64,000 bases of DNA. Source: Candidatus Marinacidobacterales bacterium (GTDB taxonomy: Bacteria > Acidobacteriota > Vicinamibacteria > Marinacidobacterales > DATDRI01). The position numbers and the translations under genes are program-made. A model generated the notes under the pieces. It ran no database searches. It saw only the letters and a list, made by a program, of their open reading frames with translations, and was not told where the DNA came from. Of the stretch, positions 1 through 10,877 are shown piece by piece. Location of the stretch: assembly GCA_965219415.1 (NCBI GenBank), contig CBDCNP010000002.1, positions 1,760,001-1,824,000 of the forward strand, written 5' to 3'. Numbering within the stretch: position 1 is the stretch's first letter; every line of letters starts with the position of its first letter.

Positions 1-569
1 ACACCGAGAGCGGGATCTCCCCTCGAGCGATTCCAGGACTCGAAGGCTATATTCATGTGGTGGCTTCCGACGAGCACGACGAGGACGGAATTCTGATCAG
101 CGACGAGTTCACCAATCCTCACAAGCGTCGAAAGATGGTTGAGAAGCGAGCGCGTAAGTTCGAGAACGTGGTGAACGAAATCGCGGCTCCCGAGCTCGAG
201 GGTCCTCCCGACGCCGACGTGACCCTCATCGGTTGGGGTTCGACGGCTGGCGTGATCAAAGAAGCCGTCGCACAACTCAAGGAAAAGGGAGTCGCCGCCA
301 ACCAGCTCGCCGTCAAGTGGATCGTCCCTTTGCACACTCAAGCGATCACCGACATCGTCAGCCGTGCAAAAAAAACGATCATCATCGAGAACAACCACTC
401 CGGACAGTTCTTCCGCTATCTGAGGAGCGAGACCGGCCTCAACGTCGATGGGCATATTCGTAAATATGATGGCGAACCGTTCATGCCTCATCACATCGTC
501 GAGGGTGTGCTCGAGCAAATGGCCGGAAAGACCAACCACTATGTTCCCGTTCAGGAAATCATGGTTTAA
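1..569 (+). CDS. 2-oxoacid:ferredoxin oxidoreductase alpha subunit (KorA-like), C-terminal part, truncated by the window edge
   Basis: SDEHDEDG, LIGWGST, IIENNHSGQF and YDGEPF motifs; directly upstream of the beta subunit. Confidence 0.93.
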   Translation, partial: TESGISPRAIPGLEGYIHVVASDEHDEDGILISDEFTNPHKRRKMVEKRARKFENVVNEIAAPELEGPPDADVTLIGWGSTAGVIKEAVAQLKEKGVAANQLAVKWIVPLHTQAITDIVSRAKKTIIIENNHSGQFFRYLRSETGLNVDGHIRKYDGEPFMPHHIVEGVLEQMAGKTNHYVPVQEIMV

Positions 570-580
570 AGGGAGAAAAC

Positions 581-1471
581 ATGTCTACCGCACCGACTAC
601 CGTTGAGCTGAAACCCAAGGATTTCAAAGGAAAAGTGGACCCGGACTGGTGTCCGGGCTGCGGGGACTTTGGCGTTCTCAACACCCTCCAGAAAGTATGC
701 GCCTCGATGGGCCTTCAGCCTCACGAGATCGTGACCGTGAGCGGCATCGGCTGCTCTTCGAACTTCCCGGGTTACTTCAACGCCTACGGAATGCATACCC
801 TCCACGGTCGTGCCTTGGCCGTGGCAACCGGGGTCAAGATGGCGAATCACGACTTGACCGTAATCGCCACCGGAGGGGACGGCGACGGCTACGGCATCGG
901 CGGCAATCATTTCGTCCACACCGCGCGCCGCAACGTCGACATGACCTATCTGGTCATGAACAATCAGATCTATGGACTTACGACCGGACAGGTCTCCCCG
1001 AGCAGTGAGATTGGAATGAAGACCAAGAGCACGCCGTTCGGCAACGTCGAGAGGCCGGTCAACCCAATCACTTCAGCCATCATGAACGGCGCTACGTTCG
1101 TGGCTCGTGGTTATAGTGGGGATGCTAAGCACTTGATGGACCTCATGACGAAGGCCATCCAACACAAGGGCTTCGCCCTGGTCGACATTTTCAGCCCCTG
1201 CGTAACCTTCAATCACGACAACACCTACGCTTTTTTTCGGCCACGCGTGAAAAAATTAGAAGACGAGGGCCACGACCCCGCCGACTGGAAAACGGCTTGC
1301 GAGAAGGCCATGGAGTGGGGAGACACCATCTATACTGGGCTGTTTCACGAGGTGAGCCGCCCCTCCCTGGATGAACTGGAGCCGGTTCTCGATGAAGGCG
1401 GCCCCATGGCGCATCGCTCGCTCGGCCTCAGCAAGGAAGAATCGCAGAGAATCATCAAGAGAATGATGTAG
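581..1471 (+). CDS. 2-oxoacid:ferredoxin oxidoreductase beta subunit (KorB-like, TPP-binding)
   Basis: WCPGCGD, SGIGCS, HTLHGRA, GGDGD...NNQIYGLTTGQ, SPCVTF. Confidence 0.95.
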   Translation: MSTAPTTVELKPKDFKGKVDPDWCPGCGDFGVLNTLQKVCASMGLQPHEIVTVSGIGCSSNFPGYFNAYGMHTLHGRALAVATGVKMANHDLTVIATGGDGDGYGIGGNHFVHTARRNVDMTYLVMNNQIYGLTTGQVSPSSEIGMKTKSTPFGNVERPVNPITSAIMNGATFVARGYSGDAKHLMDLMTKAIQHKGFALVDIFSPCVTFNHDNTYAFFRPRVKKLEDEGHDPADWKTACEKAMEWGDTIYTGLFHEVSRPSLDELEPVLDEGGPMAHRSLGLSKEESQRIIKRMM

Positions 1472-1520
1472 CCTCGCGATTGACGAGCCCCTATCGTTCA
1501 CCGCCGGAGCGCGAACCCTA

Positions 1521-2405
1521 ATGCGTCGTTTCGGCACCGTGGACATCGTCCTTCTGTTGATGGTGCTGATCTGGGCCGCGAACTTCAGCGTCGTCAAGGC
1601 CGTTCTCTCGCATATCCCACCTCTCGCTTTCAATACCGTTCGTCTCGTTGGCTCCTCAACACTCCTGCTGGCGTTCACCCTGGTCGACAAGCCCCGGACG
1701 CTGTCCCGGGCCGATCTCCCCAGATTGCTGGTCCTAGCTCTATTGGGTCACACTCTCTATCAGTTCACCTTCGTCTTCGGTATAGACCGGACGAGCGCCA
1801 GCAATTCCGCGCTACTGATCTCGATGACACCCGTTGTGGTGGCCCTGCTCGGACACCTAACCGGGCAAGAAAGGTCGTCTTCGCTGACTTGGGTCGGTGT
1901 CACCGCTTCGATCCTAGGAGTCTATCTCGTCATAGACCCGTCCTCTACAAACGGGGGCGACACTATTGGCGATCTTCTGATACTTGCCGCTGCGATTTGT
2001 TGGGCCTTATACACAGTGGGAAGCAAGAGTCTGCTGGGCCGGCTCGGCCCGCTCCGGCTTTCGGCCTATACGATGGCCCTCGGGTCTTTGTTCTACATCC
2101 CTTTCGGAATTCCGTCGCTCCTTCGCCTCCAGTTCGAACGCGTTCCGTGGACGGCTTGGTTAGGTACGGCGTTCTCCTTCGTGTTCGCCCTCTCCGCCGC
2201 TTACTTCTTCTGGTACTATGCCGTCTCCCGTGTAGGAGCCACACGCACCGCGGCCTATTCGAACCTTACTCCGGTCGCGGGGCTCGCGATCGCGTGGCTC
2301 ACCCTCGGCGAGAATGTATCGGTAAGACAGATCTTGGGAGCCGCCGTCATCTTGCTAGGCGTCTACCTCGTACGCCAGAGCCGCATCGCCGAGACCGAAG
2401 TTTGA
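1521..2405 (+). CDS. EamA/DMT family transporter
   Basis: About 10 hydrophobic segments in two repeats; IWAANF and PVAGLAIAWLTLGE patterns. Confidence 0.9.
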   Translation: MRRFGTVDIVLLLMVLIWAANFSVVKAVLSHIPPLAFNTVRLVGSSTLLLAFTLVDKPRTLSRADLPRLLVLALLGHTLYQFTFVFGIDRTSASNSALLISMTPVVVALLGHLTGQERSSSLTWVGVTASILGVYLVIDPSSTNGGDTIGDLLILAAAICWALYTVGSKSLLGRLGPLRLSAYTMALGSLFYIPFGIPSLLRLQFERVPWTAWLGTAFSFVFALSAAYFFWYYAVSRVGATRTAAYSNLTPVAGLAIAWLTLGENVSVRQILGAAVILLGVYLVRQSRIAETEV

Positions 2406-2464
2406 CCGGACCGCACCAAACCAATAGCACAGCGACACCCGCCAACGGAAAAAGGAAACGTCCC

Positions 2465-4439
2465 ATGCACCAACTTCTGGTGTGGTCGAAACGAAAAGGG
2501 TGGCTCTCCCCGGGTGAGTACCCGGTCGTCCACCGCGAATTCAGTGTCGGTGAATTCTCCCCGCCCGACGCGGTCCCGGAGTCGGGCGCCCTTCTTGTGG
2601 TGGATTCGGCGGTTCTGGAGGAGCACTCTACCGAGCTCCGCTACCTCACCAAGGAATCGTCGCCCTTCGCTCTCCCCATCGTCGCCGTCGGCGGCGACGG
2701 AGACGGCGTGCCGATCGACCTCGACGAGCTCTTCTTCGACGTCCTGCCCGACAAACCTCGGGAAAGAGAGCTGCTCCGAACACTGCGAAGCGCAAGTCAT
2801 TTATTGGAATCGCAACAGAATCTCTTGGAGTCACGGAAAGCTGCGGAACAAAGAGCGAGAGAGCTAAAAGAGCTCAACGCTATCGGCATCGCCCTTTCCG
2901 CCGAGCGCGACCATGAGCGCCTCTTAAACCTCATCTTGACCAAGAGCCGCGAGATCACGAAGGCGGATGCGGGAAGTTTGTTCCTCGTCGAGAGCATCGA
3001 TCGACCCATTGGCCCGGAGAACCGGATGGGTGACAGGCAAAGGGTGGAAGGAAAGTGGCTGCAGTTTCGTCTGGCGCAGAACGATTCGGGAGTTCCAATT
3101 CGAAGAAGACATTTTGAGAATCACTCCCGAGAGCATCGCGGGCTATGTGGCGGAGACCGGTGTTACCTTGAACCTCGAGGATGCCTACAACATCCCCCCG
3201 GATAAGCCCTTCACCATCAACCGAAGTTTCGACGAGAGCACCGGCTACCGTACCCGCTCGATGTTGGTGGTGCCGATGCTGAATCACGGCGGCGGGACCA
3301 TCGGTGTCTTGCAGCTCATCAACAAGAAGAGAGTTTCTTCGACCCGTTTGACCGAGACGGACAGCTTCGAGAAGGAAGTCGTACCCTTCACGGCTCTCGA
3401 CGAGCAGCTCGTTCGCTCCCTAGCGAGTCAGGCGGCGGTCTCGGTCGATAACAACCGCCTCTACCAACGAATCGACCGGCTTTTCTTTGACTTCGTATGG
3501 GCCTCGGTACGTGCCATCGAGAGTCGAGACCCCACTACGAAGGGTCATTCCACGCGTGTTGCGAAAATGACGACCGAGCTAGCGGACGTCGTCAACCGAA
3601 CCGACCGCGGCGTTTATCGCGATCTGTTCTTGGACTCGAAGCAAATCAAAGAGCTCAAGTACGCGGCCCTCCTTCACGATTTCGGTAAGGTAGGGGTCAA
3701 CGAAAAGGTTCTCGTCAAAGCCACCAAGCTTTATTACGGCCAGGTCGATCTCATTAAGGAGCGCTTTCAAACCATCAAACGAACGCTCGAAGCACAACTC
3801 TTGAGGAAGGTCCTGAAACGCCTCGTCGAAGGGAAAGGCGAGCTCTCTGCCAAAGAGCTCGCGTCGACGGAGGCGGAGCTTCGGCGAAGGGTGAACGAGG
3901 TCGATGAGGCCTTGGCGGAAATCCTTGCCAGCAACAAGCCGACCGTGACTCACGTCGAGCGATTCGAGAAGATCAAACAGATAGCGCACTTTCAGTTTGA
4001 CGACCTCGACGGAACGCCCCGTGCATACCTCGAGCCTCATGAGCTCGAGGCTCTCACCATCCCTAGGGGGACCCTCACCGGCGAAGAGCGCAAGGCGATT
4101 CAAGAACATGTCGCGCACACGTTCAACTTCCTTATTGAGATCGACTGGACTCGCGAACTCGAGAACGTTCCAAAGATCGCGGGGAGGCACCACGAGAAAC
4201 TGGACGGGAGCGGCTATGGCTTCAACCTGAAGGGAGACGAAATCCCTCCTCAGACTCGTATGATGACGATTGCGGACATTTTCGACGCCTTGGCAGCGCG
4301 CGATCGGCCTTACAAAAAGGCCGTCCCCACCGACAAAGCGCTCGATATCCTGAAGGGCGACGCCGAGAGAGGACAAGTGGACGCCGATCTGTTGGAGCTC
4401 TTCATCGAGGCGAAGGTCTACGAGCTCGCCCACCAATAG
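2465..4439 (+). CDS. GAF + HD-GYP-type phosphodiesterase, apparent single-base frameshift near 3088
   Basis: Frame 1 gives ELNAIGIALSAERD...ADAGSLFL...AQNDS and continues in another frame as REFQFEE...SIAGYVA...TGYRTRSML; HD motifs GHSTRV, LHDFGK, HHEKLDGSGY, IADIFDAL...RPYKKA. Confidence 0.88.
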
Positions 4440-4550
4440 GCGCTCCTGCCGCCTCCTCCGGATTCGGCAACACCCCGCTTTGGGCGCTAGTGACTAGGCC
4501 GGCTTCTGGCCACTCCACCAGGTGCCGCCCACTTGGGAAGGACCCCCATT

Positions 4551-4643
4551 TGGACTGGCCTCTATGTAGGCCAATCATCCATTGGCTGGGGCTTGACAAG
4601 ACAAAATTAGCGCGCTAAGAGTTATTGGTATGGGCCAATCATC
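4551..4643 (+). promoter_or_regulatory. Sigma70-type promoter with putative MocR/PdxR operator repeats
   Basis: TTGACA at 4593-4598; direct repeat GGCCAATCATC at 4569-4579 and 4633-4643; inverted pairs TGGCCT/AGGCCA (4556-4573) and ATTGG-N6-CCAAT (4624-4639). Confidence 0.6.
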
Positions 4644-6141
4644 GTCGGCGCTGCCAATCGCCCTGGATCGGAAATCCGACTTACCGCTCTATCAACAAGT
4701 ACACCGGCAGATCGCCCAACTCATCCTCAGCGGCAAGCTGGCCCCCAGCACTCGCCTCCCGGCCAGTCGCGACCTCGCTTTACGCCTGAGCGTCAATCGG
4801 GCCACGATCGCCAACGCCTACGACGGCTTGGCGTCGGAAGGCTTGGTGCGCTCTCATGTCGGCCAAGGAACTTTCGTCCTGGACAGCGCAGAGCCACAAC
4901 GCGCAAAAACATTGACTTGGCCCATTTCGCGGGCGATGGAGGCGGCTGGCCGGCACCTGTTTTCAGAAGCTCCTCCCAGCGAGCATCCGGATCCCATCGA
5001 CTTCGCCTCGCTCATCCCTGACGAGGAGCTCTTCCCCATCGAACCCTTTCGCAAGACCGTCAACGCTGTCTTACGCAGGCAGGGGAAGCTCCTCTTGCAA
5101 TACGGGGCGGTGCCGGGCTACCCACCGCTACGTCGATACATCGCGGAGCGGCTTGCGGAGCGAAAAGTCCAAGCGACGCCCGAGCACGTTTTGATTGTCA
5201 ACGGTTCCCAGCAAGGTCTTGACCTCGTCTTCCGAGCGCTGGTGAATCCAGGCGACACGGTCGCGGTCGAGAGTCCGACCTACAGCGCAGTCCTTCCGGT
5301 GCTCGCGCAGTATCAGGCGCGCGTTATCGGCATTCCTATGACCGAACGAGGTATGGATCGGCAAGGCCTCGAGGCGGCCTTGGCGAGCCGACCGGTACGA
5401 CTGATCTACACCATGCCCACCTTCCACAACCCCACCGGCATCACCATGGACCTTCACTCGAGACGAACGCTTCTCAATCTGGCCGGCCGCTACGGGGTGC
5501 CAATCGTGGAGGACGATTTCGACTCCGAGCTTCGCTTTGGTGGGGAGGCCTTGCCACCGATCAAAGCTCTCGACGTAGGCGGAACCGTGCTCTACTTGGG
5601 CACTTTTTCCAAAGGACTCTTTCCCGGCCTTCGACTCGGATGGATCGTAGCCCCCCCGGAGCTGGTTGGAATACTTGGGCGCGCCAAGATGTTCACCGAC
5701 TATCACACCAGCCAGCTCCTTCAAGCGGCGGTTCTAGAGTTTTGCGAGCGAGGCCATTACAAAGATCACCTCAGCAACCTGGCTCGGGTAAACAGGAAGA
5801 AAAGCCAGCTCCTGGTCAAAGCCATGGCGGACTACCTTCCGGAAGGCGTCTCGTGGACCGAGCCGGAAGGAGGCTATGCCTTCTGGGTCACCCTTCCCCG
5901 CCACCTCTCGAGCGAAATCCTGCTCGCCGGAGGAGCGCTTGCCGGCGTGCTCTTCTCTCCGGGCAGTCAGTTCTTCACCGGTGGAGAGGGCCAACAATTC
6001 TTGCGGCTTTCCATTTCACGAGTCCCGACCGATCGCATCGAAGAAGGCGTTCAACGGCTGGGAAAACTCATCGAGCGGTACATCACGAGAGGGCCGCAGC
6101 AATCCCCACAGTCCGCCGGTGAACCGGTGTTTCATATCTAG
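4630..6141 (+). CDS. MocR/GabR-family (GntR HTH + PLP aminotransferase-like) regulator, PdxR-like
   Basis: PLYQQ...RLPASRDLA...[12 protein letters not shown]; [26 protein letters not shown]; upstream of pdxST. Confidence 0.92.
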   Translation: MGQSSSALPIALDRKSDLPLYQQVHRQIAQLILSGKLAPSTRLPASRDLALRLSVNRATIANAYDGLASEGLVRSHVGQGTFVLDSAEPQRAKTLTWPISRAMEAAGRHLFSEAPPSEHPDPIDFASLIPDEELFPIEPFRKTVNAVLRRQGKLLLQYGAVPGYPPLRRYIAERLAERKVQATPEHVLIVNGSQQGLDLVFRALVNPGDTVAVESPTYSAVLPVLAQYQARVIGIPMTERGMDRQGLEAALASRPVRLIYTMPTFHNPTGITMDLHSRRTLLNLAGRYGVPIVEDDFDSELRFGGEALPPIKALDVGGTVLYLGTFSKGLFPGLRLGWIVAPPELVGILGRAKMFTDYHTSQLLQAAVLEFCERGHYKDHLSNLARVNRKKSQLLVKAMADYLPEGVSWTEPEGGYAFWVTLPRHLSSEILLAGGALAGVLFSPGSQFFTGGEGQQFLRLSISRVPTDRIEEGVQRLGKLIERYITRGPQQSPQSAGEPVFHI

Positions 6142-6161
6142 AATTAGCGGAGGTAAGAATC

Positions 6162-7040
6162 ATGACAACCGAACTCAGACTAAAGACCGGTCTCGCAGAC
6201 ATGTTGAAAGGCGGCGCCATTATGGATGTCACTGACGCCGAACAGGCGAAGATCGCAGAAGATGCCGGAGCGGTCTCGGTGATGGCGCTGGAGAGAGTCC
6301 CGGCCGACATCCGAAAAGAGGGCGGGATCGCCCGCATGGCATCCCCTCGCAAGATCGGCGAGATCATGAAAGCGGTGAGCATTCCGGTTATGGCCAAGGT
6401 GCGCATCGGCCACTTCGTGGAGGCTCAAATCCTTCAGGAGCTCGGCGTCGACTTCATCGATGAAAGTGAGGTGCTTACGCCGGCCGATGAGGAAAACCAC
6501 ATCGACAAACACCCGTTCCAGGTTCCGTTCGTTTGTGGTTGCAGGGATCTCGGTGAGGCCTTGCGCCGGCTCGGAGAGGGGGCCGCCCTAATTCGCACGA
6601 AGGGCGAAGCGGGCTCCGGCAATATCGTCGAAGCGGTTCGCCATCTCCGACAAATGAACCGCGAGATGCGGCGACTCACGGTGATGGGTGATGAGGAGCT
6701 CATGGCGGAAGCCAAGAGGCTCGGCGCGCCCTACGAGCTCGTGAGATTAGTTGCGGAGAACGGCAAGTTGCCGGTGCCCAACTTCGCGGCCGGCGGGGTT
6801 GCCACACCAGCCGACGCCGCGCTCTGCATGCAGCTTGGGGCGGAGACGGTGTTCGTGGGCTCAGGTGTCTTCAAATCGGAAGACCCGGCGAAGCGGGCCG
6901 ACGCCATCGTCAAGGCGGTCACGCACTACAACGAGCCCAAGGTCCTTGCCGAAATCTCACAGAATCTGGGTGAGCCTATGAAGGGTATCGACGTCGCGCG
7001 TTTGGACCCCAAGGATCTGCTGCAGACTCGCGGTTGGTGA
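6162..7040 (+). CDS. pdxS: Pyridoxal 5'-phosphate synthase lyase subunit
   Basis: [45 protein letters not shown]-terminal RGW. Confidence 0.98.
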   Translation: MTTELRLKTGLADMLKGGAIMDVTDAEQAKIAEDAGAVSVMALERVPADIRKEGGIARMASPRKIGEIMKAVSIPVMAKVRIGHFVEAQILQELGVDFIDESEVLTPADEENHIDKHPFQVPFVCGCRDLGEALRRLGEGAALIRTKGEAGSGNIVEAVRHLRQMNREMRRLTVMGDEELMAEAKRLGAPYELVRLVAENGKLPVPNFAAGGVATPADAALCMQLGAETVFVGSGVFKSEDPAKRADAIVKAVTHYNEPKVLAEISQNLGEPMKGIDVARLDPKDLLQTRGW

Positions 7041-7101
7041 TGACGCGAGCCTGGCCGCGCCGAAGCCAACTGGCCGGTGAAGCTGGCGAGGCGGGTGAAC
7101 C

Positions 7102-7767
7102 ATGAGTGAACCCACTATCGGTATTCTTGCGCTCCAAGGAGACTACGCCGAGCACCGGGAAGTCCTGGAGCGCCTTGGCCTACAGAATCGACTCGTTCGG
7201 CACGCCCGTGAGCTAGATTCGCTCGGGGGCCTCATTTTGCCCGGCGGTGAAAGCACCACCATGCTCAAGCTCCTAATAGAGGAGGCTCTGATGAACCCCC
7301 TCTTGGCATTTCATGAAAAAGGGGGGGCGCTCTATGGAACCTGTGCCGGAGCCATCCTGTTGGCGAAGAAGGCACCCCCCCCCAGCCAGGAAACTCTGTC
7401 CCTGCTAGACATCTCGATCGAACGAAACGGGTACGGGCGGCAGGCCCAAAGCCACATCACCCGTGAGCCCTGCCCACCGCTGGGAGCCTCTCCTCTCGAG
7501 ATGGTTTTCATTCGAGCCCCCATCATTCGAACCGTGGGCAAAGGCGTCGAAGTCCTAGCCAATCATCGGGGTGACCCGGTCTTCGTACGCCAGGGTCGCG
7601 TCATAGCCACAACCTTTCACCCCGAGCTCTCTGGAGACGACCGCGTGCATTCGTTTTTTGCAAACCACGTTCTCGAATCCAATGCTGTGCCCGGTCATCT
7701 CATGAGTGCGGCGGGGCCCCACCCCCACCGCCGTCCCTTCGCCGGCAAGCGGCTCCGGGACAGCTGA
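7102..7767 (+). CDS. pdxT: Pyridoxal 5'-phosphate synthase glutaminase subunit; C-terminus runs into a repeat
   Basis: GILALQG, PGGEST, GTCAGAIL, RNGYGRQ, FIRAP, FHPEL. Confidence 0.96.
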   Translation: MSEPTIGILALQGDYAEHREVLERLGLQNRLVRHARELDSLGGLILPGGESTTMLKLLIEEALMNPLLAFHEKGGALYGTCAGAILLAKKAPPPSQETLSLLDISIERNGYGRQAQSHITREPCPPLGASPLEMVFIRAPIIRTVGKGVEVLANHRGDPVFVRQGRVIATTFHPELSGDDRVHSFFANHVLESNAVPGHLMSAAGPHPHRRPFAGKRLRDS

Positions 7768-8042
7768 CGGCTCCTTCATCAGTGCGGCGGGGCCCCACCG
7801 CCGTCTGGCCACCTCGTTCGATGGCACAACGTAGTTTGACGGCCACCAAGATCTGAAAGCCCGCCTGGCTCGCTCCGGTTAAAGCAACCACGCAATTTGG
7901 CGGCCGGCAGGATCTGACAAACCGCCGTCCCTTCGCCGGCAAGTGGCTTCCCGCCTACGCCCAGCTTCGGCGAGGCCTCGCCGAAGTTCGCTCGGAGAAA
8001 CCTAGAGCGAACGAAGGCGAGCGGGACAGCTGACGGCTCCTT
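7701..8042 (+). repeat. Tandem ~76-bp repeat (2 units), second unit carrying two nested insertions
   Basis: Unit 1 at 7701-7776. Unit 2 starts at 7777 and is interrupted by 7806-7920 (flanked by the 9-bp direct repeat ACCGCCGTC) and by a palindromic element at ~7950-8021 containing the perfect palindrome CTTCGGCGAGGCCTCGCCGAAG. Confidence 0.8.
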
Positions 8043-8140
8043 GTAAAAACACTAACCAGTTATTAAAGAATCTATTCAGTTTCCTGAAGTATCTCTTCGA
8101 GCAATCCAATTCCTAGAACCGGTTAGCCGAGTTCTCTCCA

Positions 8141-8156
8141 TGGCATCAGACTTGCT
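8141..8156 (+). promoter_or_regulatory. Putative sigma54 (-24/-12) promoter
   Basis: TGGCATCAGACTTGCT matches TGGCAC-N5-TTGCW with correct spacing; preceded by an AT-rich tract at 8041-8110. Confidence 0.65.
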
Positions 8157-8214
8157 CTTGTGTACATTGAATACCGATCTAGCTACTGGATTGTCCGCTC
8201 ATGGGAAGAAAGGA

Positions 8215-9217
8215 GAAAGTGTGCCAATCTTAGTTGGGAGGTGAGGTGAATGATCTTCTGCTGAAACGAGTTCTCTACGGAATCTCTTGTCGCAACTACG
8301 AGGCGGCAGCGGAAGCGATTCCGGGCGCCATCGGGCTGTCGAGCTCAACGGTGTCCCGAGGGTTCGTGCAAGCGAGCGCTGCGAAGCTGCGGGAGATGCA
8401 GGAACGGGATCTGACCGGCGAGGATGTGGTGGCGCTGTTTCTGGATGGGAAGACATTCGCCGAGGCAACGATGGTCGTGGCTCTGGGCATCACGCTTTGC
8501 GGGGAAAAACGCTTCTTGGGCTTCGTGGAGACGGACACGGAGAACGCGCAGGTGTTGACGCCGTTCCTGCGTTCACTGCTCGAGCGGGGACTCGATATCT
8601 CCCAGGGTCTGCTGGTGATCATCGACGGCGGCAAGGGTCTCCAAGCGGCAGTCAAGAAGGCATTCCGTAAGCGGGCCCTGATACAACGCTGCCAGTGGCA
8701 CAAACGTGAAAACGTAGTGAGCTACCTGTCCAAGGGCGAGCAGGCGTCATGGCGCAAGCGGCTCCAGTGGGCCTACAACAGGCCGGAGTACGAAGAGGCC
8801 CTCACTGCGCTCGAGCAACTCCACGGTGAGTTAGAAGAGCGGAACCAATCCGCAGCTGGCAGCCTGGAGGAAGGCCTCGAGGAGACGCTGACGTTGCATC
8901 GACTCGGCGTGCACGCGGTGCTGGGCCGTTCGTTCAAGACGACGAACTGCCTTGAGTCCGTCAATGCTCTCGTCGAGGAACGCTGCGCGAAGGTCGACCA
9001 CTGGAAGAACTCGAGCCAACGCCAGCGCTGGTTGGCAACGGCGCTCGTAGACATCGAACCGCGCTTGAGGAAGGTGGTGGGCTACCGCCATCTTCCCAAG
9101 CTTCGCGAAGCTCTCAAGCGGGAACTGAAGATCGAGGCGAAGACATCAACCGTATCGAAGAAGAAGGTCGCTTAAACGTGAGCCGTGGAGAGTTTCAACT
9201 AAGAATGGGCTTGACTC
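8215..9217 (+). mobile_element. IS256-family element, internally deleted
   Basis: 8-bp TSD AGAAAGGA at 8207-8214 and 9218-9225; imperfect terminal IRs sharing CCAwTCTTAGTTG; about 1.0 kb long. Confidence 0.88.
8234..9175 (+). pseudogene. IS256 (Mutator) transposase lacking its N-terminal region
   Basis: LFLDG, IIDGGKGL, QRCQWHK, TTNCLESVN motifs; ORF starts inside the left IR with no native N-terminus. Confidence 0.85.
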
Positions 9218-9442
9218 AGAAAGGATGCCAAATTCGGACGCCACGCTACCACACGGGAGTGAGCCGGTGTGGCGTCCCCATGATTCTGGGACTAAGCGTG
9301 TCCACGAATCTTTCAATGCGGATTCGAAGAAATGTCGTTCACGAGACCAGCGAACACCTTGCGTTCACCAGACCGCCCAATCCGTGATGTTAGCCGCGGC
9401 TACCCACCGGGGCATCGGTCGCGGTCAGAAAACGAGTTGGTT

Positions 9443-10769
9443 ATGGCAGATGAATCCATACTCATCGTAGGAGAGCACCTAATCCACGGGGATTTTGTTT
9501 CCGACCTGACCGGCCAGGCCTGGCAGTTGTCGCACGCCCCATCCTTCAGCGAGGCGGTCGAGATACTTTGGGAACGGCCGCACCATCTGGTGGTGATCGA
9601 CGCCGAATCGCTGACGGAGCCGATCCGCCGGGCAATCCAGATCGCGAAGTCGACCGATCCTGACTTGGAGATACTCCTCGTAGCCCCGGCCGGAATGGAC
9701 CTGCAAGGACTCGAAGCGCCTCAACTCCGCCCGGCGGGGCTCTTGGTCAAGCCGCTGGAGCGGAAAACTCTCGCCATGGCGGTCGAGTCCGCGCTGGTTC
9801 ACCGCAAACTCCTTCAAGAAAACCGTATCCTAAAACGACAACTGGGACAGGCACTGAGTTTGGGGGACTGGGTGGGTTGTACTCCCGAGTCCCAGGAGGT
9901 GAGAAAAGCCATCGCCACCGCGGCACTCTCCACCGGTCCAGTCCTCCTGCTATGCGAGGACGGCACGGGTCGACGGCTGGCCGCTGACCTCATCCATCGA
10001 CATGGCCGGAACCCTAACTCGACATTCCTTCCCGTGGAAATTCCCAGCCTGCCGAGAGGAGAGCTGACGCGGCTCCTCGAAGAGCTGACGACAGGGGAGG
10101 AGCCGGGGCGTTTTCCCGCCTATAGCTCTGGCACGTTTCGTCCCGGCGCTATCTACTTTTCCGAGCTCACCGCTCTTTCGCCACTCGATCAAGAGGCCTT
10201 GTACAAGCTGATGGAACGGCCGGTTCCGTTCCGAATCATCGCCTCCGCCGATCCCTCGATCAAGGAAGTGGTGCGTCGTGGTGAGTTCGACAGCCGGTTG
10301 TTCGATCAACTCTCCGCGGTTCGTATCTCCATACCTCCTTTGCGCGAGGTGCGAGGAGACATACCGGTATTGGTCGACCATTTCTTGAAACACGTCTGTG
10401 AGCGTGTCGGTCTAAAACCACTGGGGGTTCCCTCTCAAACGATCGAAAACTACCTCTCGTACGATTGGCCCGGTAACGTTGCCGAACTCTCGATGGTCAT
10501 CGAACGCGCCGTCTCCATGGCCTCCGCCGCTAGGTTCGACGGAACGACGCTCCCGGAGCAGTTCTGCGCCGCCCCCTCGTTCGGGGTTCCAGAGACCGCG
10601 AAACTGAACAACCTGTCCCTCCGTCGAGTTCATCGCAGACATCGAAAAACGCATCATCATCCAGACGCTGGAACGCGTAGACGGCAGCCAGAAGAGGGCA
10701 GCGGAGAGACTTCGTCTCAACCCCACGACGCTTCACGAGAAGATGAAGCGCCACAAGATTCTCCCATAG
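9443..10769 (+). CDS. NtrC-like receiver-AAA+-Fis HTH regulator with degenerate ATPase motifs; frameshift near 10622
   Basis: IPPLRE..GDIPVLVDHFL and YDWPGNVAEL motifs; HTH IEKRIIIQTLERVDGSQKRAAERLRLNPTTLHEKMKRH in a shifted frame ending at TAG 10767-10769. Confidence 0.85.
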
Positions 10770-10877
10770 AATCACGGCGGGGCTCGCCCACGGTGGCTAA
10801 GTGGATTCCGCTAACGACGGCGGGCCTGCCACGCCCTAGCCGTGGGCAGCGTTGTAAGCGTCACGGCGTAGGCGGGC

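Noticed and set aside
7701-8042. Repeats as a CRISPR array or attC sites
   Set aside because: Only two long units, no regular spacers, no cas or integron integrase genes
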